Shown: positions 1 to 9,456, counted from the stretch's first letter. The stretch: DNA of 64,000 nucleotides from an uncultured Chlamydiae bacterium (GCA_963828125.1 CAWHDP010000002.1:1184001-1248000), one strand, 5' to 3'. Program-made: numbers and translations. The notes: a model not told the origin generated them from the sequence alone.

Positions 1-1
1 T

Positions 2-685
2 CTTGAAATGGGGGCCACCCAGATCCTCCACCGGATCATCAGTTCTCAATCGGAGGTGGAGTCGGAAAAAATTCAAACGGGCGCATTGAGCGGCTCCGAA
101 TACCAGCGGGTCGTCGGGGCGGTGGGGCGGATGCAGAAAGAGGTCATGATTATCGATGACCAGCCCGGCCTCAAGATCACCGACATCAGGGCTCGCGCCC
201 GAAGGATGAAAGAGGCCTACAACGTCGGCTTCATCATCATCGATTACCTCCAACTGATTTCTGGCTCCGGCAATATCAGGACTATGGAGAATCGACAGAC
301 TGAGATCTCCGAAATCTCCCGCATGCTGAAAAACCTCGCGCGGGAATTGAATATTCCCATTCTCTGCGCAGCTCAGCTGTCTCGCAAAGTCGAAGAGCGA
401 GTCGGGCATCGCCCTATGCTGAGCGATCTGAGAGAGTCGGGCTCTATAGAAAACGACGCCGACATCGTGATGATGCTCTTTAGGCGCGACTATTACGACA
501 AATACGACAAGCCAGGGATGGCAGAGGTCATTGTTGCGAAAAACCGGCACGGCGCCGTCGGAGATATACAACTCACCTTTAGAAAAGAGATCGGTCAGTT
601 CGCGAGCTATTCGCCCATCCACGCACAGCCAGATATGGCGAAAAGCAACAAAGAGGCGTTCTCCGCCTTCTCTCCGGAAGATTGA
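2..685 (+). CDS. dnaB: Replicative DNA helicase, C-terminal part (5' end outside window)
   Basis: Motifs IIIDYLQLI, QLSRKVEER, LSDLRESGSIENDAD, IVAKNRHG; the frame is open to the window edge. Confidence 0.97.
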   Translation, partial: LEMGATQILHRIISSQSEVESEKIQTGALSGSEYQRVVGAVGRMQKEVMIIDDQPGLKITDIRARARRMKEAYNVGFIIIDYLQLISGSGNIRTMENRQTEISEISRMLKNLARELNIPILCAAQLSRKVEERVGHRPMLSDLRESGSIENDADIVMMLFRRDYYDKYDKPGMAEVIVAKNRHGAVGDIQLTFRKEIGQFASYSPIHAQPDMAKSNKEAFSAFSPED

Positions 686-1387
686 ATGAATAAACCTTTA
701 GTCAGTGTTGTGATTCCCGCTCATAACGGAGAATTATATTTAGGGGAGGCGATTCAAAGCGTCCTCGATCAAGATTACCCCAATTATGAACTCTGGGTGA
801 TTGACAATGGATCCAAAGATCGGACCTCTGCAGTCGTTAAAGGCTTTCCGCAAGCCCAGTATAGATATTCTGAAATCGGCAATGTGGCTTTAGCCCGCAA
901 TCTCGGCGTTTCGCTCTCCCGAGGCGATTACATTGCATTTTTGGATCAAGATGATACTTGGGTGCCTGAGAAATTGACAAAACAAGTACAGTTTCTTGAG
1001 GAAAACAGACGCTACGGCATTGCATTAGGGCTGCAAAAAACCTATTTACAACCAGGTCATAAAAAACCCCATTGGATTAAGCAAGAGAGTATCGATGCGG
1101 AGCAGCCCGCCTATTTACCCAGCGCCACAATGGTTCGACGGCATCTTTTTGAGGCGCTTGGGGATTTCAACCCCGCATTGCCGCTCGCCAGTGACGCCGC
1201 TTGGGTTTTCAAGGCCCATCATGCAGGCGTTCAAATTGGACTCATCGAAGAAGTTCTCATCTACCGCCGCATCCATTCCACGAACGATTCGAGGCATTGC
1301 GGGGCCCTGCATAAAGATTTACTATCGGCCATTCACATCTCTTTAAAAGAGAAGCGGAGACAAACAAATGCACCAACCCCTTGTTAG
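686..1387 (+). CDS. Glycosyltransferase family 2
   Basis: VSVVIPAHN, IDNGSKD, ARNLG, YIAFLDQDD; ATG directly follows the dnaB TGA. Confidence 0.93.
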   Translation: MNKPLVSVVIPAHNGELYLGEAIQSVLDQDYPNYELWVIDNGSKDRTSAVVKGFPQAQYRYSEIGNVALARNLGVSLSRGDYIAFLDQDDTWVPEKLTKQVQFLEENRRYGIALGLQKTYLQPGHKKPHWIKQESIDAEQPAYLPSATMVRRHLFEALGDFNPALPLASDAAWVFKAHHAGVQIGLIEEVLIYRRIHSTNDSRHCGALHKDLLSAIHISLKEKRRQTNAPTPC

Positions 1388-2030
1388 CGTCGTGATTGCG
1401 GTTCACAATGGAGAATTGTATTTACAAGAGGCCATTCAGAGCGTTTTGGACCAAGAGTATCCAAATTACGAGTTGTGGGTGATTGACAATGGCTCCACAG
1501 ACCGGACCTCTACGGTCGCCAAACTCTTTCCAAAGGTCAATTATCGATATTCTGAAATCGGCAATTTATCCCTGGCTCGCAATCTCGGCGTCTCTTTATC
1601 CCGAGGCGACTACATTGCCTTTTTGGACCACGATGATATTTGGGCGCCGGAGAAGTTAACAAAACAGGTTCAGTTTCTTGAAGCCAATCGGCAATATGGC
1701 ATTGTATTGGGGCTTCAAAAAAATTTTTTACAGCCAGGACACAAAAAACCAGATTGGATTGAGCAAGAGAGCATCGACAAACTACAGCGGGCCTATTTAG
1801 CGAGCGCGACTATGGTTCGACGGTCCCTTTTTGAAGCGCTTGGCGATTTCAATCCTGCATGGCCCTTAGTCAGCGACGCTGCGTGGTTGTTTAAGGCCCA
1901 TCATGCCGGAATTCAAATGGGAATGATTGAAGAGGTTCTCATCCATCGCCGGATCCATTCTACAAACGATTCAAGGCATTGCGAGGCGCTCTATAAACAG
2001 TTGCTATGGGCCTTAAAGGACTGTCGTTGA
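1368..2030 (+). CDS. Glycosyltransferase family 2 (tandem paralog of 686..1387)
   Basis: Same GT-A motifs (IDNGSTD, YIAFLDHDD); colinear with the preceding gene. Confidence 0.93.
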   Translation: MHQPLVSVVIAVHNGELYLQEAIQSVLDQEYPNYELWVIDNGSTDRTSTVAKLFPKVNYRYSEIGNLSLARNLGVSLSRGDYIAFLDHDDIWAPEKLTKQVQFLEANRQYGIVLGLQKNFLQPGHKKPDWIEQESIDKLQRAYLASATMVRRSLFEALGDFNPAWPLVSDAAWLFKAHHAGIQMGMIEEVLIHRRIHSTNDSRHCEALYKQLLWALKDCR

Positions 2031-2986
2031 AACTCGGTATTCTCAGCTGTGGAAGTTTTCCGACGTATAGAATCCTCCCTTTTCTGAAGGCCATTGATGC
2101 AGTTGAAGTGGTCTGTATTCACAACAGAAATTGGGAGACAGCAAAGGGGATTGCCGCAAAATTCGGGATTCCCCGAGCTGTATCGACTCGAGAAGAGCTC
2201 CTTTTAGATCCGGAGGTGGAGGCGATCCATATTACAAGCCCCAATTTTTTACATGAAGAAGACGCTCTTGCCTGTGCAGAGGCAAGAAAGCCGACGCTAT
2301 GTGAAAAACCGCTGTCCACTTCACTCGCTTCAGTCGACCGCATTCTTGAAGCTTTTGCCTTGAAGGGAGTCCCCCTTTTCGTAGGGCACCAACTCCGATT
2401 CAAACCTGCCATCCTCAAAGCCAAGGAGCTCCTTTCTTTAGGAGCCTTGGGATCGTTACTTCATTGCAGGGCGTATTACTATTCTCAGACGATTTTAGAA
2501 GAGAGCTGGAGGGCCGCGCAGGGAAACGGAGGGGGAGTTCTCCAAGAAATCGGGATTCATCTTGTCGATTTAATCCACTTTATTTCAGGAGAAGAGATCT
2601 CTGAGGCGCGCGCTCTTGCGAGGCCTTCCGCCGTCGATCGGACCGCCTCTGTCTTAGGGAGATTGTCAGGGGGAGCCCTGGCGTCGTTAGAATGTTCTTA
2701 CGAACGGCCCTACTACAATGGGTTTGAACTCATCGGGACAAGGGGTCGCCTTGTCAGCTCTGGATCGCTCCGTCAGACAAAGAGCGAAGAGCCTCTCTAT
2801 TTATTCCCCGAAGGGAAAGAGGCCATCCACTATCCCTTACCAAAGACAAATGTGTATGTGGAAGAGTACAACCATTTCGCTGAGGCTGTGCATCAAGGGA
2901 GCCCCTCGCCGATTCAAGCAGGCATCAGCCGGAGCAGCCAAGCTGTGATCGATGCGGTTCAAGAGTCATCTTGTGTATACAGATAG
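2027..2986 (+). CDS. Gfo/Idh/MocA-family NAD(P)-dependent oxidoreductase
   Basis: ITSPNFLH, LCEKP, VGHQLRF, GGGVLQEIGIH; probable TTG start at 2027 (TTGA overlap, AAGGA RBS). Confidence 0.9.
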   Translation: MKLGILSCGSFPTYRILPFLKAIDAVEVVCIHNRNWETAKGIAAKFGIPRAVSTREELLLDPEVEAIHITSPNFLHEEDALACAEARKPTLCEKPLSTSLASVDRILEAFALKGVPLFVGHQLRFKPAILKAKELLSLGALGSLLHCRAYYYSQTILEESWRAAQGNGGGVLQEIGIHLVDLIHFISGEEISEARALARPSAVDRTASVLGRLSGGALASLECSYERPYYNGFELIGTRGRLVSSGSLRQTKSEEPLYLFPEGKEAIHYPLPKTNVYVEEYNHFAEAVHQGSPSPIQAGISRSSQAVIDAVQESSCVYR

Positions 2987-3066
2987 ACTGCGGCCACCCC
3001 AAAAGTGTGAATTTGGGCAAGCGTCAAAGCTGCCCAAATTCACACTTTTGGGATAGCCGCAGTATA
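2984..3066. repeat. Dispersed palindromic repeat, long form: two full arms around a short internal segment
   Basis: tagactgcggccaccccaaaagtgtgaatttgggca-agcgtcaaagc-tgcccaaattcacacttttgggatagccgcagtata, between convergent genes. Confidence 0.92.
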
Positions 3067-3405
3067 GTTTTTTGCATTGTAGTGAGTCGAGGCGAGGACC
3101 AAAACGATCGCCCCAGGTTCAAATGCCAGCTCATGCCATTCCCGAGCCTCTATAATCAAGCACTGGTTTGGGGAAGAAAGGCGAAGGGTCTGGACGGTCT
3201 GCCCCGTCTTGATGGTCACATCGCACAGTTTATGCAAGCAAACCAAGGCTTGATCCCCAAAGAGGTGCGCATGACCTGCTCTAGGGAGTTGATTTGTGTT
3301 GTAAATGTAGTATACCCTTTGGATTGCAAAAGGGAGAACTTTCTCAATCACCGTAAGAGAGCCTCTTGGATCGGCAAAAGAAGAAAGTTCCAGCAAGCGA
3401 GCCAT
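3040..3405 (-). CDS. FdtA/QdtA/WxcM-like cupin (sugar 3,4-ketoisomerase family)
   Basis: DPRGSLTVIE..LPFAIQRVYYIY, RAGHAH, WHEL, LVLASTHY; likely ATG at 3405; last residues and stop lie inside the repeat. Confidence 0.88.
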   Translation of the reverse strand: MARLLELSSFADPRGSLTVIEKVLPFAIQRVYYIYNTNQLPRAGHAHLFGDQALVCLHKLCDVTIKTGQTVQTLRLSSPNQCLIIEAREWHELAFEPGAIVLVLASTHYNAKNYTAAIPKV

Positions 3406-3466
3406 GGTTGCGCTCAAGTCAAAATAAGACGTATAATAAAGGGCGTCTGGCATCGAAGTCAAGAAA

Positions 3467-4159
3467 ATGGGCAGGAAGATCAGCGTTGTCATTCCCGTAT
3501 GGAATGGGGCGGCGTATTTAGCAGAAGCGATCCAATGCGCCTTGGATCAAGACTATCCGTACAAAGAGGTGATCGTGGTCAATGACGGATCGACCGACCG
3601 GTCGGAAGAGGTCATTGAGACATTTGAAGGCCGTATCCAGCATGTCTATCAAGAAAATAAAGGGCTCGGGGCCAGCCGGAATCGGGGAGTCCAATTATCG
3701 ACAGGAGAGATCCTTGCCTTTCTGGATCAAGACGATTTATGGACAAGAGAGAAACTCAGCAGACAGATGGGAGAACTCGATCAGCATGCAAGCGAAGATC
3801 CTCTGATTTTTTCTTCCGCCGAGCAATTTATTTGCCCGAGTTTATCTGAAGAAGAGAGAAATAAAATATCGATTTCCCAAACTGTTTTGCCCGGATATAT
3901 TGCAGGAACCTTATTGGTCAGCAAAATCAGATTTTTCCAAATTGGATACTTTTTTGAAGAAAAGGGGATTGGGGAATTTTTGGATTGGTATTCGCGCGCT
4001 CACGCAATGAATGTTCCTGTCAGAATGTTGAGCGAAATCCTTTTTTATCGACGGATTCACCGAACCAACATGGGGCGTCAACCCGAGTGTTTTTGTCGCT
4101 CCGATTATTTAAAAGTACTGAAGAGGGGGTTAGAGCGGCGTAGGAACTACGCCCTCTGA
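3467..4159 (+). CDS. Glycosyltransferase family 2
   Basis: ISVVIPVWN, VNDGSTD, ASRNRG, AFLDQDD, YRRIH. Confidence 0.93.
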   Translation: MGRKISVVIPVWNGAAYLAEAIQCALDQDYPYKEVIVVNDGSTDRSEEVIETFEGRIQHVYQENKGLGASRNRGVQLSTGEILAFLDQDDLWTREKLSRQMGELDQHASEDPLIFSSAEQFICPSLSEEERNKISISQTVLPGYIAGTLLVSKIRFFQIGYFFEEKGIGEFLDWYSRAHAMNVPVRMLSEILFYRRIHRTNMGRQPECFCRSDYLKVLKRGLERRRNYAL

Positions 4160-4239
4160 CAGGGAAGTTTTTGCACACAGGAGCCTATCCGCAATGCCGG
4201 GAGAATCTGGCCGAGAAACGATCCCACAGCCAATAAGTT

Positions 4240-4329
4240 CGGAAAGGGAGGGATTTGAACCCTCGGTACCCCTTAACGGAGTACGCGTCCTTAGCAGGGA
4301 CGTGCCTTCGGCCGCTCAGCCACCTTTCC
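4240..4329 (-). tRNA. tRNA-Ser (anticodon GCT)
   Basis: Minus strand reads GGAAAGGTGGCTGAGCGGCCGAAGGCA-CGTCC-CTGCTAA-GGACG, then a long variable arm, then GAGGGTTCAAATCCCTC-CCTTTCCG; CCA not encoded. Confidence 0.96.
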
Positions 4330-4385
4330 GCATGAATGAATGGGCCATGTTAATAGAATCCGTCGTTTTCATCAAGCAGCCTTTT

Positions 4386-5561
4386 TCAATTTAGAGTGGT
4401 GAACAAGGGAAAGTGATCAGAGAGGGCGTTAAGACGAAATTCATCTTTAGAGAAGCCAGTATCGAGGATTTGGGTCGAAATGGCGACAGTTGGATCGGCG
4501 AGAGCATAGTCGAGAACCTGAGGATCTGAGGGGGGCCTATTCATTAGATCGGCGCCCCACTTTTCTCCGCCCCAGGTGGCTTTGCCGACAATCGCAGGAT
4601 CGCGGCGGAGTTGAAGACCGTTTCTGACAAGAGAAGCGTTGAGCTCGTTTTCAGACTGATTGAGATCTCCTGTTAAAAAAATTTTGAATCCTTGGGTCTG
4701 CTTCCTCAAGATATGGCGGGCCATCTTGTCAATCTGAGCTGCGCGAGAGCGCATTTCACGGAGTTTGGGTTGAGAGGGAACGTCTGAGGGTTGCAAGTGA
4801 GTATGGATGACGCTTACGTTTGTCCCTTCAAGATCAAATGACAAAAAGCCCATTCTCGAAGAGGCCGCGCGACCTGTGAGTTCAGATCCTGGCACAAAGG
4901 GTTCAAACCGAATATCGACTAGCTTATATTTACTAGCGACATAAAGCATAGAAGAGGGCCCGATCGCCTGGAATCCAGGCACTTCGAGAATAAAAGGGTA
5001 GGCGGTGAGATGACCGGTCAGGCGGCTCGCATCGAGAATATCGGGTACCTCAGAGAGACAGACCAGATCGGGGTCAAAGGTTTGGATCTGTCGAATTTTA
5101 GCGTCCATATTTTCGGTGTAGGAAGGAGGCAGAATTTGCCCATCTGTGATAGAATAACCGCCAGGCATGTAACAACCGTTGTGCGTCCATACGGAGATCT
5201 GTTTATTAGCGGGAAGAATCTTGCCAGAGGGGGCCATTTCTAAGCGGACATACGGCTCCGATGCGCAAGCGGCGACAAGCTGGCGCAATACGATTCCACC
5301 CAATGCAAGCGGACTCAGGAGAGAATAGACAACAATCCCTAGCGCCAAGAAGAAGGCTTTTTGCACCTTTTGGCGGGTCGTTGAGCAGAGCGGGCCAAGA
5401 ATAGAGAAGGTATATGCATACTCGCGGACTTTACAGACGGGTTCGGTGAGAAGAGCCGCCGCTTGCAAAGTAAAATTTTTGAAAGAAGTCGTATAGTCGA
5501 GCGGCAGCGTCCTAGCGGCCACCCAGCTCGAAGATTCGTTAGAAATCGTCAATACGGCCAT
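4386..5561 (-). CDS. Endonuclease/exonuclease/phosphatase (EEP) family protein, sphingomyelinase-like, with an N-terminal hydrophobic segment
   Basis: WTHN, DLVCLSEV, HTHLQ, LTGDLN, LDY, LSDHFPL; hydrophobic FFLALGIVVYSLLSPLALGGIVL. Confidence 0.85.
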   Translation of the reverse strand: MAVLTISNESSSWVAARTLPLDYTTSFKNFTLQAAALLTEPVCKVREYAYTFSILGPLCSTTRQKVQKAFFLALGIVVYSLLSPLALGGIVLRQLVAACASEPYVRLEMAPSGKILPANKQISVWTHNGCYMPGGYSITDGQILPPSYTENMDAKIRQIQTFDPDLVCLSEVPDILDASRLTGHLTAYPFILEVPGFQAIGPSSMLYVASKYKLVDIRFEPFVPGSELTGRAASSRMGFLSFDLEGTNVSVIHTHLQPSDVPSQPKLREMRSRAAQIDKMARHILRKQTQGFKIFLTGDLNQSENELNASLVRNGLQLRRDPAIVGKATWGGEKWGADLMNRPPSDPQVLDYALADPTVAISTQILDTGFSKDEFRLNALSDHFPLFTTLN

Positions 5562-5667
5562 AGAGGGGCCATAGTAGCGCAGTCAGGATAAAAAGACAAA
5601 GGCTTTTGAGACAAGCGACAAGAGAAATGATGAGAACGATACAATGATATGAATGATGGAAAAAGAA

Positions 5668-5717
5668 GTATACTGCGGCCACCCCAAATTCACACTTTTG
5701 GGATGGCCGCAGTATAC
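5668..5717. repeat. Dispersed palindromic repeat, short form
   Basis: gtatactgcggccaccccaaattcacacttttgggatggccgcagtatac. Confidence 0.95.
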
Positions 5718-5722
5718 GATCG

Positions 5723-7555
5723 CTATCCGGCGCGAAGGGCATTGAGAATGACTGCGACGTCGATCACTTCTTGGAGCAGAGCGCCGACGGCGGGCTCGAT
5801 ATAGCCGAAAGCGGCGATGATCATTAAAAAGAAACTGAGTCCAATGCCAATCCAAATGCTCTCGTTGGCGATATGGAGGGTCCATTGGCTGATCTGAATG
5901 GTCTCTTTTAATTTATCTAAATCGTCGACTAAAAACACGATGTCGGCAGCTTCGGCCGAAATAGCGCTGCCATACGCACCCATGGCGACGCCGACGGTGG
6001 CAGTGGCAAGCGCTGGGGCGTCGTTGATCCCATCGCCGATCATCGCGATCGGATCGTATTTTTTCTTGAGGGCCAGAACGATCTCCACTTTTTGAGAGGG
6101 CATGAGATCGGCTTTAAAGGTCTGAATCCCCGCTTGTTTGGCAATCAGGGCCGCATTTGGGGCACTATCGCCAGTCAACATCACCGTCTCTTGGACGCCT
6201 AACGATTTGATCGCCTCCATAAGTGCAGGGACGTTCGGCCGAATCCGGTCGCTGACCACAAGAATTCCAATACAAAGGGAGTCCTTAGCGATAAAAATGA
6301 GGAGTTTTTCGCGAGAATAATACCGCTGAATCGTCTCCGTCCCATTTTGAAAACACCCCTCGCCTAGCTGCTCTTTAAGAAAGGCATATGAGCCGATGGT
6401 ATAATGCTCTCGACCTAGATCCCCTTCGACGCCGCAGCCGGGAGTTTCTTTGAAACGGCTGGGGACGGCGAGTTTTTGCCCCGCTTTCTCAACAACAGCT
6501 TTTGCAATCGAATGGGCGGAGAGCTGTTCGATAGAAGCAGTTTTAAAAAGGAGCTCTTCAGCGCTCACAGAATTGAACGGGACGATCTCCTCGACAAAGG
6601 GGGTTCCGTAGGTAATGGTTCCCGTCTTGTCAAAAATAGCAGATTGGATCCGGCCGATTTGCTCCATAGCGGCGCCCCCTTTCACAATGATCCCAGACCG
6701 GGCCGATTTATTGATGCCGCACAGAATGGCAAGCGGCGTCGCTAAAATCAAAGGACACGGGGTCGCGACGACGAGGACGGCAAGGATCGTCGTAGGATCC
6801 CTAGTCAGAAAAAAACCAATGAGGCTCATGAGGAGCGTCAAAGGGGTGAAATAGATCGCGTACCGATCAGCGAGCCTCTGAATAGGGGCCTTTTCAATTT
6901 GCGCTTTTTCGACAAGCGCGACGATTTTTTGGTACTGGCTCTCTTGACTGGTTTTGCCCGCCCGCATTTCAAAGGCGCCGTTCACATCCACGCTGCCCGA
7001 AAACACCGGCTCGCCGGCCGTTTTGCTGTGGGCTAGCGGCTCGCCCGTGAGGGCCGATTCATCGATTTCCGCAACACCGCTGGTGATCGTCCCGTCGACA
7101 GGGATTAGATCCCCCGGACGGACCATGAGAATATCTCCGACGGCCACCTCTTGGACGTCGATTTTTTCAAGGTTTTCGTCTCTCTTGCGAAAAGCGAAAC
7201 GGGGCGCACGGGAGAGAAGCGAGGCGAGAGACGTCGAGGCTCTCTGAAGGCCATACGCTTCGAGCGCCTCGCCTCCCGATTGCATCAAGACAACCACTGC
7301 CCCCGCAAAGGCTTGGCCCATGATCACCGCTGTAATGATCGCCAGCATCGCCACAATATCGGAGGCAAATTCCCCCTTAAATATCCCCTTCGCCGTTTGG
7401 AATACGATGGGAAGCCCCCCTAAAATCAACGTGGCCATCCAAATCCATTCGCCAAAGACCCTTTGGTGAGGGAGAAAATAGAAAATCAGCCCAAGTATGA
7501 GGCCAAATAGGGCAAATAGAGGAATCGGATAGCTCTTCCCAAATGTCCAATACAC
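5723..7555 (-). CDS. Heavy-metal P1B-type ATPase (P1B-5-like signature)
   Basis: TGE, TPCP, DKTGT, TGD, GDGINDAPALA, QEVID in the last TM helix; no N-terminal metal-binding domain. Confidence 0.93.
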   Translation of the reverse strand: MYWTFGKSYPIPLFALFGLILGLIFYFLPHQRVFGEWIWMATLILGGLPIVFQTAKGIFKGEFASDIVAMLAIITAVIMGQAFAGAVVVLMQSGGEALEAYGLQRASTSLASLLSRAPRFAFRKRDENLEKIDVQEVAVGDILMVRPGDLIPVDGTITSGVAEIDESALTGEPLAHSKTAGEPVFSGSVDVNGAFEMRAGKTSQESQYQKIVALVEKAQIEKAPIQRLADRYAIYFTPLTLLMSLIGFFLTRDPTTILAVLVVATPCPLILATPLAILCGINKSARSGIIVKGGAAMEQIGRIQSAIFDKTGTITYGTPFVEEIVPFNSVSAEELLFKTASIEQLSAHSIAKAVVEKAGQKLAVPSRFKETPGCGVEGDLGREHYTIGSYAFLKEQLGEGCFQNGTETIQRYYSREKLLIFIAKDSLCIGILVVSDRIRPNVPALMEAIKSLGVQETVMLTGDSAPNAALIAKQAGIQTFKADLMPSQKVEIVLALKKKYDPIAMIGDGINDAPALATATVGVAMGAYGSAISAEAADIVFLVDDLDKLKETIQISQWTLHIANESIWIGIGLSFFLMIIAAFGYIEPAVGALLQEVIDVAVILNALRAG

Positions 7556-7646
7556 AGAGATCCTTTGCTCTCATTGTAGCAAAAAAATATTTTTACGCCC
7601 ATATTTTATGTTTTATTTAAATGTCGATTTGTTTTATGTTCTGATT

Positions 7647-8318
7647 ATGAAATTTAACCTAAAACGGCAGACTATTAGTGAAGATATATTAAAGATTGTT
7701 TCCAGAACATGGAAAAAAAAGGATTTAGATTCATACAATCTGACTAAAAAAAACTTAAAAGAACTATCCAAGGTGCTGAACGAGATCGAACAATGGACTC
7801 TTCCGAGATATCTCGTCCGAGTGAAGCTCAAAGGAAAACTCGGCTATGGGATTTTTTTACATCCAAAAGCGGAGCCCATCTTAGCTGGACAAGTCATCGC
7901 TCCGTATGCGGGAGAGGTATCGATTGTCCCCCAGAACGAGACCGATGACGCCGACTATGCATTCGACCCTGTGACCGACTTTCACCTAACAAAAGAAGAA
8001 CAAGCGAAGTTCGATCCAAAAAAAAGGTATCATCCAAGACGGCTTTATGCCTTGAAGCTCGATGCGGCCAAAAAGGGAAATTTCACCCGCTTTATCAACC
8101 ATTCGGATAAACCGAATGTGGTCGCTTATTTAGTCTCTAGTCGCTCAAACCCCTACGAAATCATCTATTTTGCGAAGAAAACCATCCGCCCGGGTGAACA
8201 GCTCCTTGTGTGCTATGAAGATGATCAAGAAAGCTATTGGGGCGTTTTAGGGATCAAGCCCTTCCCCATGACCCCCCAGACGTTTCGCTTACCCAAAACA
8301 CCTCTTCCCGACGCATAA
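7647..8318 (+). CDS. SET-domain lysine methyltransferase (chlamydial NUE-like)
   Basis: GYGIF, YAGEV, DA.KKGNFTRFINHSDKPNV, IRPGEQLLVCY; start could be 7608 or 7647. Confidence 0.88.
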   Translation: MKFNLKRQTISEDILKIVSRTWKKKDLDSYNLTKKNLKELSKVLNEIEQWTLPRYLVRVKLKGKLGYGIFLHPKAEPILAGQVIAPYAGEVSIVPQNETDDADYAFDPVTDFHLTKEEQAKFDPKKRYHPRRLYALKLDAAKKGNFTRFINHSDKPNVVAYLVSSRSNPYEIIYFAKKTIRPGEQLLVCYEDDQESYWGVLGIKPFPMTPQTFRLPKTPLPDA

Positions 8319-8381
8319 GGTGTTTGCGGCAATTACAGACTTCGATCTCCGTTCATTCTCGCCGTCATTCTACATTCAGAT

Positions 8382-8430
8382 GTATACTGCGGCCCCTCCA
8401 AAAGTGTGAATTTGGGGGGGCCGCAGTATA
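8382..8430. repeat. Dispersed palindromic repeat, short form
   Basis: gtatactgcggcccctccaaaagtgtgaatttgg(g)nccgcagtata. Confidence 0.93.
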
Positions 8431-8489
8431 ATTTGACTGTATAAACGAAGCTTAACGACGTTTTAAATAAAAAAACTAGAGACTTTAGA

Positions 8490-9233
8490 TTGAATTATTA
8501 TCCGCATTATATTAACATGTTCCCGTCAACAAAAAAAGGGATGGACATGGCATCAATTAGGTCAATATCGATTAACGGTGATTGTGACGAGAGTATAATA
8601 TCAAGCGCGTCCAGTCTCAGTCGTCCTGTAAATACATTATCCGAAAGCTGCATAAAAACAATGAAAGAAATCAATAAAGCCTTAGAGAATGGTCCGCAGT
8701 CCAAGTTGTTTTTAAAAACGTTTAAAAATCAAGATTTTCAAGATGAATTAAATCGACGAATAGACGGCTTATTTAAAATTGAATTTTTGGGCACAAATAT
8801 TCCACCTATAACAGTGCAAAACAAAAATCAATGTAATGCAGCATTAAACTCTTTCAGTAGCGATACGGCTACTCAATCCATTGTCAAATATTTTACAACT
8901 CAAGCTGGATCCGCTCTCTCTCTAAACTCCGCATTCGAATATGCTCAAAATGAATATCAGCAAGATGGAGGGCCCCTGTTGCATACCGAGGACCTCCAAG
9001 TGTCGATTAAAAACCAAGCACCGGAGTTACAAATTACACACTCTTGCCCAGGAACAATTCTATCAACGACTCAAGCGCATACCATCCTGGAGACCATTCA
9101 GGTAACAGCCCAATGCACGTTTACCCTCACTCAAAGCTGGTGGCCTTGGTCTAATAGCTATTACCAATTGAAATCCCCAACCATCGACATCGAGAGCCGC
9201 GAGCCCCCCATTCTTGAGTCATTTTCGGTATAG
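8490..9233 (+). CDS. Hypothetical protein, AT-rich, paralog of 9457..10137
   Basis: Long ORF with Ser-rich N-terminus; start may be ATG 8541 or 8547; shares motifs with the next gene. Confidence 0.75.
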   Translation: MNYYPHYINMFPSTKKGMDMASIRSISINGDCDESIISSASSLSRPVNTLSESCIKTMKEINKALENGPQSKLFLKTFKNQDFQDELNRRIDGLFKIEFLGTNIPPITVQNKNQCNAALNSFSSDTATQSIVKYFTTQAGSALSLNSAFEYAQNEYQQDGGPLLHTEDLQVSIKNQAPELQITHSCPGTILSTTQAHTILETIQVTAQCTFTLTQSWWPWSNSYYQLKSPTIDIESREPPILESFSV

Positions 9234-9456
9234 GGGCCGTCCCAACCCTGGTTGTAAGCTTTTTGTATTTTCAGGAATGCAAACGACTAGTCCTCAATGC
9301 AGTACCATTGTTAAGTATTATTTCATAATAAAATAATACTAACCAGATCTAATCGAAATTTAACTCATTTTTACAATTAAAATTTTTTAATTTATCAATT
9401 AAACGAAATATGATACAATAACCTAAATAATTCAATAAAAAAAATGGAATATAAAA

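Noticed and set aside
2971..3585. 204 aa plus-strand ORF
   Set aside because: Starts by reading through the repeat and overlaps the cupin and a GT2 gene that have clear family motifs
4194..4394. 66 aa ORF, and tRNA-Ser as an integration site
   Set aside because: The ORF is the antisense of the tRNA; no integrase or duplicated tRNA 3' end was seen in the window
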